Shown in pieces: positions 29,164 to 38,500 of a stretch of DNA of 64,000 bases. The translations under genes were made by a program, and so were the position numbers. Position 1 is the stretch's first letter. Every line of letters starts with the position of its first letter. A model generated the notes under the pieces. It had not been told where the DNA came from. It saw nothing but the letters and a program-made list of their open reading frames with translations, and made no database searches. This DNA comes from Candidatus Omnitrophota bacterium (lineage in GTDB: Bacteria; Omnitrophota; Gorgyraeia; 2-01-FULL-45-10), in contig JBAZKH010000001.1 in NCBI GenBank assembly GCA_041650935.1, positions 487,936 through 551,935 on the forward strand, read 5' to 3'.

Positions 29164-30294
29164 AATGAGATATATCTGGGAGCGCAAAAACTGGTTTGAC
29201 TTTAAATACGATGAAGCTCTTTTGCTCAAACCCTTAAGCAGGCTGCGGATCCTGCAAGGTAAGCTGTTAGGGCGCGTCGCGTCCCTTAATATCAAGCTTG
29301 AAACCGAGGCGCAGGGAGCTATCCTGGTCGAGGAAGCCGTTCGGACCGCGGAGATCGAAGGACAAAGGCTTAACCGGGATGCGGTTCGTTCATCGGTGGC
29401 TGGCAGGCTCGGCATGCCGCGCGGCATCGGGGCGCATATAGGAACATTGACGGCCTTGTGGATATATTGCTGGATGCGGTGCGTTTTCATGATAAACCTT
29501 TGACATTGGAACGGCTTAACGGCTGGCATGCGGCGCTGTTTCCTTCAGGCTATTCCGGGTTAAGAAAGATCAGGACCGGGAAAATGCGCGGCGATGAGCC
29601 CATGCAGATAGTGTCCGGGCCTATCGTAAAAGAAAAGGTGCATTTTGAAGCGTTGCCGAAAGACCGCCTCTATGAAGAGATGCGGTCTTTTTTGAAATGG
29701 TGGAATTCATCACCCGGCCGCATGGATGGGATCTTACGCGCGGCGACAGCCCATTTGCGTTTTGTGACAATGCACCCCTACGAGGATGGTAACGGCCGGT
29801 TGGCCCGCGCAATAACCGATATGGCCTTGGCCCAGGATGAGAAATTAAAAGTCAGGTTCTACAGCATCTCTTCCGAGATAATGCGTTCCAGGAACGAGTA
29901 TTACAAAATTCTGGAAGACGTACAAAGGCACAGAGTCGACGTGACCGGGTGGTATCTGTGGTTTATTAAATGCGTTACCGCGTCTATTGAACATTCCAGG
30001 GATATTATTGCCGATGTATTGATGCGTATCGACTTCTGGAATCAGCATGCCGAGACCCAGTTAAATGAGCGCCAGAAGAAAGTCTTGAACCGCATACTGG
30101 AGGCGGGGGCAGGGAATTTTACGGGTGGTTTAACGACGCGTAAATATGTGAGTATCGCAAAGGTAAGCCGCGCCACCGCGTTCCGTGAAATAGCGGATAT
30201 GCTTGATAAGAAGGTATTGCGGCAACTCTCCGGCAAGGGCCGCAGTGTCCATTATGATCTGGTAAAGCCGCGTTCAGGCGATGGAGGTGTATGA
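29164..30294 (+). pseudogene. Fic/Doc-family protein (HPFxDGNGR motif) with C-terminal wHTH. The ORF is split by a +1 frameshift near 29425-29440
   Basis: Fic N-terminal ..EAVRTAEIEGQRL.. lies in one frame (29164..29503). ..HPYEDGNGRLARA.. and the C-terminal wHTH lie in the next frame (29458..30294). AGGAGG SD before the ATG at 29164. Confidence 0.6.
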
Positions 30295-31459
30295 AAAAGC
30301 TTCACAGAACATTATCGGACGACTTTTGGACGAGAAGAAGATGAGCGCCCTCAGGCGGGTCTTTATTAATGTGATATTGAGCGTAGCCTTTGCCGCAGTA
30401 TCTTTTATTATACTCACGCCGCTGCTGGCGGAGGTCCAATTCTATTCCGCAGAGAAACTAATAACCAAATACCTATGGAAGGATGCCGAAGATAGGCTCA
30501 TCCTGGCCATAAAGACAGACCCTCTCAACTCTAAATATCCCGCGAGACTCGGAGAATTCTTATTTACTCAAAGCGCTTATAAAGATAATCCTCTTCCGTT
30601 GCTCAAAAAAGCCCAGGGGTATTATGAGCGCGCGGCCCGGCTGAATCCCAGGTGTGCCGAATATTTTACGAGGTTGGGACGGATATGTGTCAGCTTGTTT
30701 ATTGGTACTCAGGATTCCGGACGTAGGGGAGGTTTAAACCTCCCCTACAGTGATGCGGAGAGCGGGAGGGGGTATATCGACAACGCGTTTGAGAATTTCA
30801 AAAAAGCGCTGGCGGACGATCCGAATGGATTCAATGCTGCCTATGGGACGGGATACTCAGGTTTAGCCGCCTGGAAATATCTTAATGAAGACGAGCGGGC
30901 ATTCGTGATAGACAGATTAAAATATAGCCTGGAACAGAAGCCGTGGTACTCCGTATATATATATCCGCAGGTTTTGCGTATGACTGAGAGCCCGGAATTA
31001 TTAGGGATGATAATTCCGGAGATCGAAACGAAACGATGGGTTGACTCCAAAATTATCGATAAGCTTAAAAATGGTATGCGGGAAACGCCCGCCGCCATAA
31101 TTCCAAGATCGGGCTGGCAGGGTACGGTGCCGGGAGGCGGCAGCGTTTATGAGAACGGTAATATGTGTTGGTCCGGTACAATATACGGCGCTATGTTATT
31201 TCCGGCGGGCGACGCGTTGATCAAGGTGGAGGCGCGGGGAAGCCCGTCCGACGGCGTCTATCCCTATATACTCGTATTTCTGGACGGTAAAATAATAGGC
31301 AGCGTCTACGTCGATAGCGGTGACGTTAAAATATATTCTTTCGCCGCCAAGACGGATGGAGGCGTAAAAGTTTTGAGCATTACTTTTACCAATGACGGCG
31401 GTAATAAAAAAGAAGACAGGAACCTGTATATCGGTAACGCGCGGGTTGAACAAAAATGA
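30281..31459 (+). CDS. membrane-anchored TPR-like protein with a C-terminal beta-sandwich (CBM-like) domain. An in-frame palindromic element lies inside
   Basis: N-terminal TM. TPR-like helical pairs. C-terminal ..YILVFLDGKIIGSVYVD...VKVLSITFTNDGG... The true start is possibly 30341. Confidence 0.45.
   Translation: MEVYEKASQNIIGRLLDEKKMSALRRVFINVILSVAFAAVSFIILTPLLAEVQFYSAEKLITKYLWKDAEDRLILAIKTDPLNSKYPARLGEFLFTQSAYKDNPLPLLKKAQGYYERAARLNPRCAEYFTRLGRICVSLFIGTQDSGRRGGLNLPYSDAESGRGYIDNAFENFKKALADDPNGFNAAYGTGYSGLAAWKYLNEDERAFVIDRLKYSLEQKPWYSVYIYPQVLRMTESPELLGMIIPEIETKRWVDSKIIDKLKNGMRETPAAIIPRSGWQGTVPGGGSVYENGNMCWSGTIYGAMLFPAGDALIKVEARGSPSDGVYPYILVFLDGKIIGSVYVDSGDVKIYSFAAKTDGGVKVLSITFTNDGGNKKEDRNLYIGNARVEQK
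30721..30748 (+). repeat. palindromic element ACGTAGGGGAGG-TTTAAA-CCTCCCCTAC inside CDS 30281..31459, in frame (encodes ..RRGGLNLPY..)
   Basis: Identical to 28575..28602. The ORF stays open through it. Confidence 0.85.
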
Positions 31460-32655
31460 CAGAAAAAATATATAAACGGATACTCTGGCTCGGTATGGCT
31501 TTTCTCATAGTATTTTCTCCCCTGTGGAAAGGCGGGGCGAGGACGTGGCCGCTTACTATTATTATGCTTGTCGCTTATGCTCTCATTTTTACATGGCTCT
31601 GGAGGGCAAACAACGCCGAGCATTATAAATTCAAGAGTACGTTTATCGGCATACCCATTTTTCTATTTGCGGCGCTTGCTATAATATCATGCTTCTTTTC
31701 GATCTATAAGTACGACAGTCTATATGGAATGATCAAGCTATTCTGCTATATAGGTATATATTATCTCGTCGTCAACGAATTTGACAGGGAAACGATAAAA
31801 CGTATCCTTTATATTGTTATTGGTATGGGCGCCCTGTTGTCGATATACGGCCTTATGCAGTATCTTAATTTGCTTAATCATTCCTGGTGGGATCCCAAAG
31901 ATCTTATAGCGGCAACATTCGTTAACCACAACCATTTCTCCGGATACCTGGAGCTTGTGATACCGGTAACCGTAATTTTAGTTATGAAGAAACCCCCTTC
32001 GACGGCACGCCAATTATTTGCTTTTTCAGCCTTGGTAGTAATGATAATGGTTTTTATCCTGGCGCAGTCGCGCGGCGCGTGGGTAAGCCTGACCATATCC
32101 TTTTTGGCGCTGGCCTGCATACTTGCAAAGAAGAAGGAGGGGGGTGTAAAGAAGATAGTTATCCTTGCGTTGGTGGTGATAGCAATAGTCTCGCTGGTCT
32201 ATTTTGGCAGAGATGTGATATCTGAGCGCATAGCCGGGTCTGTCTCGGCTGAACCGGCAGGCGGTTCCTTCGCGACGCGGTTAAAGATATGGCAGGGCGC
32301 TCTTGACATGATAAGGCATAGCCCTATTGCAGGCACAGGCATCGGGACCTTCGCCTGGGGATTTCCACGATATAGGCCCGAAGGTTTGAATGGCCTGGCA
32401 AATTTCGCTCATAATGATTATCTAGAAACAGCTTGTGACATGGGGATGCCCGCTCTCCTGGTCATGCTATGGCTGATAACAGCCGTTATAAAGACCGGAA
32501 TAAGAGAAGAAAATTTTAATTCCTACCGTCTCGGATGCGCTATCGGAGTATTGAGCTTATCGATACACGCTCTATCTGATTTTAATTTCCATATCCCGGC
32601 TAATATGTTATTATTTACGGTATATCTGGCGATAATAATGAAAGCGAGGGAGTGA
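31456..32655 (+). CDS. O-antigen ligase (WaaL/Wzy_C) family membrane protein
   Basis: Polytopic. ..LAQSRGAWVSL.. and ..FAHNDYLETACDMG.. motifs typical of the O-antigen ligase family. Confidence 0.65.
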   Translation: MTEKIYKRILWLGMAFLIVFSPLWKGGARTWPLTIIMLVAYALIFTWLWRANNAEHYKFKSTFIGIPIFLFAALAIISCFFSIYKYDSLYGMIKLFCYIGIYYLVVNEFDRETIKRILYIVIGMGALLSIYGLMQYLNLLNHSWWDPKDLIAATFVNHNHFSGYLELVIPVTVILVMKKPPSTARQLFAFSALVVMIMVFILAQSRGAWVSLTISFLALACILAKKKEGGVKKIVILALVVIAIVSLVYFGRDVISERIAGSVSAEPAGGSFATRLKIWQGALDMIRHSPIAGTGIGTFAWGFPRYRPEGLNGLANFAHNDYLETACDMGMPALLVMLWLITAVIKTGIREENFNSYRLGCAIGVLSLSIHALSDFNFHIPANMLLFTVYLAIIMKARE

Positions 32656-34106
32656 TGCTGCGCGAAAAAGAGGCGGTTGTCCGGCGGGCAGTTATACTGC
32701 TGGATATAATCGTAGTATCCTTCTCTTTTTTCCTTACGTTCTTCCTCAGGCGCCATCTGCACGCGTTCTACAGCCTGGACCTGATACCTTCCGTGCGGGT
32801 TTTGGCGGAGATGGCGGCTCCCATACGCGACTACTTTATAGTCCTCGTCCTCATAGTCCCGGCCTGGGCCTTCAGCCTCTACTTTAACGGAATGTATAAC
32901 TCCCTCCGGACCAAAGGCTTGTTGGAAGTCGTCTGGATAATAATCAAATCAGCTTTTTTTACGACGCTTGCCTTCGGCACGTGCGTTTTCTTCTTCAAAC
33001 TGGAATATGTAAGCAGGGTCTTCTTCATAATGCTCATTACCGTCGGCATGTCTTTTATCTTCGTCGAGAAGGCCGCGATCTTCTCGGTCATGCATTTCAT
33101 GCGGAAGAGGGGCTATAATTTCCGTAAGATCCTTATAGTCGGGACAGGCAGGCGCGCTGTGCGTTTTATACGGAAACTGGAAGAGCATCCGGAATGGGGT
33201 CTCCGGATAGTGGGTATAGTGGATTATGAGCAGGTCAATGTCGGGAAGATAATAAGCGGCGTGGAAGTCCTGGCGAGCTTGGACAAGATACCGCAGATAA
33301 TAGAGCGCAGGGCCATAGACGAAATCATATTTTTAATACCCCGGACCCAGTTGGGCAAGATAGAAGAATACCTTTATGTTTGTGAGACGCATGGCATTGA
33401 CGCGACAATAGCCGTCGACCTGTTCGATGTAAAGATCTCCAGACTGCGGCAAACAGATATAGGCGGTATCCCACTTATAACGTTCGCGACAACACCCGCC
33501 AGCGAACAACAATTGTTCCTTAAAAGAGCGCTCGATGTTATCGTGTCTGGCCTAGCCATAGCGCTATTAAGCCCGTTGATGCTGGGCATAGCCATATTGA
33601 TAAGGGCTACTTCGAAGGGGCCGGTATTGTATATCCAGAAGAGGTCGGGGTTGAATGGCAGGAAATTCGTGCTTTACAAATTCAGGTCCATGTATAAAGG
33701 CGCTCATGGAAAATTGTCCGAGCTGACCGGCAAGAATGAGATGAGCGGCCCTGTCTTTAAGATCAGGAACGATCCGCGCGTCACACCTGCCGGACGGTTT
33801 TTACGGAAATTCAGCCTGGATGAGCTCCCGCAGTTATTCAACGTATTTATGGGCGCTATGAGCCTCGTCGGGCCGCGGCCGCCGCTGCCGAAAGAGGTCA
33901 AGCAATATGAGCCGTGGCAAAGGCGCAGGCTTTCCATGAGGCCGGGTATTACCTGTTTCTGGCAGATCGGCGGGAGAAATAAGATCGATTTCGACGAGTG
34001 GATGAAGCTCGACCTGGAGTATATAGATAACTGGTCGCTATGGCTCGATATCAAAATATTATTCAAGACCATACCGGCGGTCTTGACCGGTAAAGGCGCA
34101 TACTAA
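32652..34106 (+). CDS. polyprenyl-phosphate hexose-1-phosphate transferase (bacterial sugar transferase; WbaP/EpsB-like priming enzyme)
   Basis: N-terminal TM block. C-terminal ..KRALDVIVSGLAIALLSPLML...KGPVLYIQKRSG..G..F..YKFRSM......DPRVT..GRFLRK.SLDELPQL.NV..G.MSLVGPRP. Confidence 0.9.
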   Translation: MMLREKEAVVRRAVILLDIIVVSFSFFLTFFLRRHLHAFYSLDLIPSVRVLAEMAAPIRDYFIVLVLIVPAWAFSLYFNGMYNSLRTKGLLEVVWIIIKSAFFTTLAFGTCVFFFKLEYVSRVFFIMLITVGMSFIFVEKAAIFSVMHFMRKRGYNFRKILIVGTGRRAVRFIRKLEEHPEWGLRIVGIVDYEQVNVGKIISGVEVLASLDKIPQIIERRAIDEIIFLIPRTQLGKIEEYLYVCETHGIDATIAVDLFDVKISRLRQTDIGGIPLITFATTPASEQQLFLKRALDVIVSGLAIALLSPLMLGIAILIRATSKGPVLYIQKRSGLNGRKFVLYKFRSMYKGAHGKLSELTGKNEMSGPVFKIRNDPRVTPAGRFLRKFSLDELPQLFNVFMGAMSLVGPRPPLPKEVKQYEPWQRRRLSMRPGITCFWQIGGRNKIDFDEWMKLDLEYIDNWSLWLDIKILFKTIPAVLTGKGAY

Positions 34107-34113
34107 GGAGCTG

Positions 34114-34139
34114 TAGGGCGCACTTAAGTGTACCCTACC
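34114..34139 (+). repeat. degenerate member of the palindrome family (GTAGGGCGCA-CTTAAG-TGTACCCTAC) after the sugar-transferase stop
   Basis: Shares the GTAGGG...CCCTAC ends and an AT palindromic loop. Confidence 0.4.
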
Positions 34140-34156
34140 AAAGAAGGAGAAGTTAT

Positions 34157-34618
34157 ATGAAGCGAATGAAGATCCTTATGGCATTGGTCGTGATTATTTG
34201 TTTAGGAGTATTTACCTACGGATGCGGCGCGCCGAGGGAGCCGTCAGGCGATAATAAGGTTGTGGCCAAAATAAATAATTACAGTATGACGACAGAGGAT
34301 TTTCGCGATGCCGCCAGGGCGGTCAGGGGGACTAAGGCGCAGGTGTTGGATGAGCTTATTACGAAGAATGTCCTTGTGCAGGAGGCTCAGAAGGAGAACT
34401 TCGATAAAGATGAAGCTTTTATGAAAGAGATCCAGGGATACTGGGAGCAAGCGCTTTTGAAACTTCTCATAAAGAAGAAGACCGCGGAATTTTCGGCCGC
34501 GTTTAAGGCAGACAAAGAGAAGACGGAGGAAGCGCTGAAGAGATGGGTTAACGATTTGAGGTCCAGGGCGAAGATAAAAATTTATGATAAGAACCTGGAG
34601 GAGATCAAGATTCCTTAG
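34157..34618 (+). CDS. small secreted/lipoprotein-like protein (SurA-N-terminal-like chaperone region, tentative)
   Basis: Signal peptide with Cys at ~23. Helical Lys/Glu-rich body. Confidence 0.3.
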   Translation: MKRMKILMALVVIICLGVFTYGCGAPREPSGDNKVVAKINNYSMTTEDFRDAARAVRGTKAQVLDELITKNVLVQEAQKENFDKDEAFMKEIQGYWEQALLKLLIKKKTAEFSAAFKADKEKTEEALKRWVNDLRSRAKIKIYDKNLEEIKIP

Positions 34619-34635
34619 GACCAAGGAGGGTCGGT

Positions 34636-35181
34636 ATGGAAAATATCAGGGACAGAAGAAGGAACTATTATATCACTAAACAGTTCCAACGTGGTTTCAT
34701 AATAAAATTTTGCGCGCTCGTTATATTAGGCTCGGCGATCTCAAGCGCCATCATATATCTCGCGTCGAGGTCGACGGTTTGCACCACATTTGAAAACTCG
34801 AAGCTTGTCATGAAAAGCACCGCCGATTTTATACTGCCTGCGGTTATATTGAGCAGTCTCGTCTCTGTCATGTTGATAGGTATGGCGACCATAATAATTA
34901 CGCTTTTCACGTCTCACAAGATAGCCGGCCCTTTATACAGGCTGGATAAAGATGTGCAGGAGATAACGGCCGGGAATCTGAAGATAATTTTCCGGCTGAG
35001 GGTGGGGGATGAGATAAAGCCGCTTGCCGTGAGCCTGAATGATATGGTCACCGCCATTCGCGGCCATATTGCCGCGGCAAAAAAAGGCCTCAGTAGTCTC
35101 GAATCATCCGCCGGTCTTACGGCGGAAGGAAAAGAGAAAGTAAGGTCGATAAGAGACACGTTGGATAAATTTAAAATATAG
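34636..35181 (+). CDS. 2-TM HAMP-domain protein without a recognisable output domain
   Basis: Two TM helices, then a HAMP-like amphipathic pair (..IAGPLYRLDKDVQEITAGNL...VGDEIKPLAVSLNDMV..). Confidence 0.5.
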   Translation: MENIRDRRRNYYITKQFQRGFIIKFCALVILGSAISSAIIYLASRSTVCTTFENSKLVMKSTADFILPAVILSSLVSVMLIGMATIIITLFTSHKIAGPLYRLDKDVQEITAGNLKIIFRLRVGDEIKPLAVSLNDMVTAIRGHIAAAKKGLSSLESSAGLTAEGKEKVRSIRDTLDKFKI

Positions 35182-35191
35182 GTGTCCTACA

Positions 35192-35749
35192 GTGAATTTA
35201 AAAACGGCGGCCATATCGTTATGTGTAATTGCCTGTGCGGTCTCGCCGGCTTTTTGCGGTGACGACAACGATTGGCTTAAGATCGAGACAAATTACTTTA
35301 CGATCGAGTATCAGCGTTCGGTCAATCTTCAACTTATCGCGGACAGACTGAACAGCCGGGGCTATTTTTCGTTAGGTCTTTTCGGCTCCGCCGAATCTTC
35401 TGAGGCAGCTCCGGAAGAACGAGTGGCCCGTAGAATCGATAGCCTGCTGAAAAGAGCCGAAGAACTGCTTGATATGTACCCGCCGGATTTGCGGCTAATT
35501 ATAAAGATTTTTAAAGAGGAGTCTTCGGTAGGGGAGGCGTATTTTAAGATATTCGGAACACGTCCCGGCTATGAAGCGTTCTATATTTATCAGTATAAGA
35601 CGATCTACACTTCCGAATTCGGCATATCGGATTCGGTTATTATCCATGAAATGGCGCATGCGGTCATAGATAGTTATTTTTCGGTAAATCCTCCGCCCAA
35701 AGCAAGCGAGGTCCTTGCCACATATGTAGATATGCACCTCGAAGAATAA
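35192..35749 (+). CDS. secreted protein with an HExxH motif (putative zinc-dependent peptidase-like)
   Basis: Signal peptide. ..VIIHEMAHAVID.. followed by a downstream Glu. Confidence 0.3.
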   Translation: MNLKTAAISLCVIACAVSPAFCGDDNDWLKIETNYFTIEYQRSVNLQLIADRLNSRGYFSLGLFGSAESSEAAPEERVARRIDSLLKRAEELLDMYPPDLRLIIKIFKEESSVGEAYFKIFGTRPGYEAFYIYQYKTIYTSEFGISDSVIIHEMAHAVIDSYFSVNPPPKASEVLATYVDMHLEE

Positions 35750-35868
35750 GGCTGTATTAAAAATTAAAAAGCAAGTTTTTTGCATTGACACACTAAATAT
35801 AATTATGGTATAAACTAAAATAGTATATCAGTATATAAAGTATATAACATAGCTAAGCGGAGGGTTTT

Positions 35869-36651
35869 ATGGTTAAGATTGGTGTTGCGTTAACTACAGT
35901 ATGCCTTTTGTTCGCATTCTCTCCAGTGACTTCATTTGCTGAAGAGGCGGCTCAAGAGACAACCCTGCGAGTTACCGCTGTCAATGGCAAAGTGCTTGTG
36001 AAGGTGTATCCGGCCGCAACCTGGACCGATCTTGTCCCAGGGCAGATGGTCCATTCGAAAGATACTATAAATACTGTATTATGCGACGCTCATTCCAATG
36101 GCGAAAAGTCTCTGGATGAGAAAGGCGGCTTATGCTCCAAGTGCGGCTCGGTAACATTGGAACTTCCCGATAGAAGCAGTGTATCATTGAAACCCGGCAG
36201 TGAGGCTACAATAGACGAGATCGCGATAGATAATGCTTCCAGAAAACTTAAAGTTAACCTGCCGAAAGGCGAGTTGCGCATGATAATTACCAAGGTCAAT
36301 ACGCCCTCCGACTTCAGCGTGAAGACGCCCAATGCGGTCTATGGCGCAACCGGCACAACCTTTTATGTTAACGCTACCGCAACCGGCACCAGCGTGTATG
36401 TGGCGGAAGGTTCTATCAATGTGATTAATCCGATAACGGGAGCCGTCTATTCTGTCGTAGCCGGAACTATGCTCACATTCAATCCGGATGGCACCGTTGT
36501 CGGTCCGACTCCCGCGACGGACGTAGATATTTCTAACTGGACCGCTCATTATACCGGACCAATCGCTGAGCCATACACGCCCCCGCTTGTAAACCAGGCC
36601 AATCTTAACCCTCCGGAGAATACACCCGAAAACGGCGTAAGCGGCGGATAG
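35869..36651 (+). CDS. FecR-domain secreted protein
   Basis: Signal peptide. FecR-like beta-strand region (..VKTPNAVYGATGTTFYVNA.....VYVAEGSINV..). Confidence 0.5.
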   Translation: MVKIGVALTTVCLLFAFSPVTSFAEEAAQETTLRVTAVNGKVLVKVYPAATWTDLVPGQMVHSKDTINTVLCDAHSNGEKSLDEKGGLCSKCGSVTLELPDRSSVSLKPGSEATIDEIAIDNASRKLKVNLPKGELRMIITKVNTPSDFSVKTPNAVYGATGTTFYVNATATGTSVYVAEGSINVINPITGAVYSVVAGTMLTFNPDGTVVGPTPATDVDISNWTAHYTGPIAEPYTPPLVNQANLNPPENTPENGVSGG

Positions 36652-36670
36652 AAAAGAAGGGGAATGAAGG

Positions 36671-37909
36671 ATGAAGAAGATAGGTACCGGCAGGAGAGTA
36701 CTTGTTTGCGTTATGCTGTTATTATTTTTATTTTCGAACATGTCCTACGCCCAGCTCATAAACATCGATCTCCCCGATAGAACAGGTATCAAGGTAACGA
36801 AGAATGCCGTATTGCACGGGGCTTTTAAAACGTCGGAAACTATAGACACTAATATCTATTTACAAAATACGGACAGAAAAGTGGACTCGGTAACCGTCCT
36901 AAGCCCGTCATGCGGGATAGAGATACCTTCCCATAGCAGTATTGTCAGCGCCGACTATCAAACCGATATATTCCTCTATGGTGTAAACCGCACCGAAGAC
37001 CATGTGGACCAGACCCTGAGAGGGCTCGCGGAAATGGGTTTTGCCGATTTTTATAAATTCACAGTGAAGGATATCTTCAGGATATTCACCTCCCGCGCCG
37101 CGAATGAAAATTCGCTCCGCTTGAAACAGGAAATAAATGACATAAGAGGCGGCATCCTGGCGGAATTTAACCGTCTTGCTTTAGATGCGGGATATACAAA
37201 CAGGCTGGAGATGTACGACTCCACGGACCCATTTCTGCGGCCATTGACATATGAAGACAAAAACCGCGATGTTAATGTAATAGATACAACGGTAAGCTAC
37301 AGGTTTTGGCCGAAGACGTCGGCCTTCCTGGAGAATGACATAGGGTTTATTAATTATTACAATACTTCACAGGTTCCCGGCTCTTATTATGATGAGGTGT
37401 TTTTTGGGTTTAAAGGGGAATGGTTCGCAAAAGCGAATGTCAACTTTAAGGCCGGTTTCAAGTACCAGGAGTATGATAAATCGAACATAATAGCCGACAA
37501 GGCTTACATAGGCCCCGTAATGAAAGGCGGCTTCAATTACAGTCCAACGCCCGACGATCTTGTCTTATTCGAATTTGACAGGGAGATATACGAGTCCACG
37601 TATTCGAATATGAACTACTATACGGCAAACCTTTTCGGCTTTACATGGCAGCACAACTTTACAAGAAAATTGTATTCAAATGTATTTGCTTCCTACCAGC
37701 TTCATAACTATCCGTCCGAGTCGAGAGAGAACGGCGAAACCGCCAAGCGGTATGACAATTATTACCAGGCCGGAGCGAACCTCAAATACGATATCCGTAA
37801 ATGGGTTTCCGTGGAGGCCAAATACGCATACGTAAACAGGGATTCCAGGTTCGATATCTATAGCTACGCCGATCACCAGATGACTGTATGCGGCACAATA
37901 GGTTTTTAG
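36671..37909 (+). CDS. outer-membrane beta-barrel protein (partner of the short OPX exporter)
   Basis: Signal peptide. Alternating amphipathic beta-strands rich in Y/F/N/D. C-terminal aromatic residue (..GTIGF). Confidence 0.5.
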   Translation: MKKIGTGRRVLVCVMLLLFLFSNMSYAQLINIDLPDRTGIKVTKNAVLHGAFKTSETIDTNIYLQNTDRKVDSVTVLSPSCGIEIPSHSSIVSADYQTDIFLYGVNRTEDHVDQTLRGLAEMGFADFYKFTVKDIFRIFTSRAANENSLRLKQEINDIRGGILAEFNRLALDAGYTNRLEMYDSTDPFLRPLTYEDKNRDVNVIDTTVSYRFWPKTSAFLENDIGFINYYNTSQVPGSYYDEVFFGFKGEWFAKANVNFKAGFKYQEYDKSNIIADKAYIGPVMKGGFNYSPTPDDLVLFEFDREIYESTYSNMNYYTANLFGFTWQHNFTRKLYSNVFASYQLHNYPSESRENGETAKRYDNYYQAGANLKYDIRKWVSVEAKYAYVNRDSRFDIYSYADHQMTVCGTIGF

Positions 37910-37910
37910 T

Positions 37911-38486
37911 ATGAGAGTATTTTTAATAACCATATTGTCCGCTCTTATCGTCATGCAGGGTATGGATTGTCTTGCCGGAAGAACCGAATACAAGTTGCAG
38001 CCTACCGATGTCATTACCATAACGGTCCATGGTCAGCCGGATCTCGCTACTAAAACGCGCATTACCGCGGACGGTTATATTTCGTTCCCGCTTCTCGGCA
38101 AAGTGTCGATCGCAGGCCTTACCGTCCCGGAAGTGGAGCAAAAACTTAAAGAATCGCTGGAGAAGGACTACCTGGTAAACGCCCAGGTCCTTGTCTTTAT
38201 CGAAGAATATAACGCGCGGCAGGTTTCGGTCATAGGAGAGGTCAAAAATCCCGGTAAGTACGAACTGCCGGGCGAGAAGGATATGACGCTGATGCAGGCC
38301 ATAGCAATGGCCGGCGGATTTACAAAGTTTGCCGATATAACTAAGACGAAAGTGATGCGGATAGAAGATGGCAAAAAGAAGACCATAGTCATAAACGTGA
38401 AGAACATAACCGAAAAGGGCGACAAAGATAAAGATATAACGCTGCAGGCCGAAGATATAGTAGTCGTGCCCGAGAGCTTCTTTTAA
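37911..38486 (+). CDS. Wza-like polysaccharide export (OPX) protein, short form lacking the C-terminal OM helix
   Basis: Poly_export PES motif and SLBB region (..LQPTDVITITVHGQPDL......DGYISFPLLGKV...GLT..E.......L.. / ..VSVIGEVKNPGKYEL..). Confidence 0.85.
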   Translation: MRVFLITILSALIVMQGMDCLAGRTEYKLQPTDVITITVHGQPDLATKTRITADGYISFPLLGKVSIAGLTVPEVEQKLKESLEKDYLVNAQVLVFIEEYNARQVSVIGEVKNPGKYELPGEKDMTLMQAIAMAGGFTKFADITKTKVMRIEDGKKKTIVINVKNITEKGDKDKDITLQAEDIVVVPESFF

Positions 38487-38500
38487 AAATAGGGGACCGG

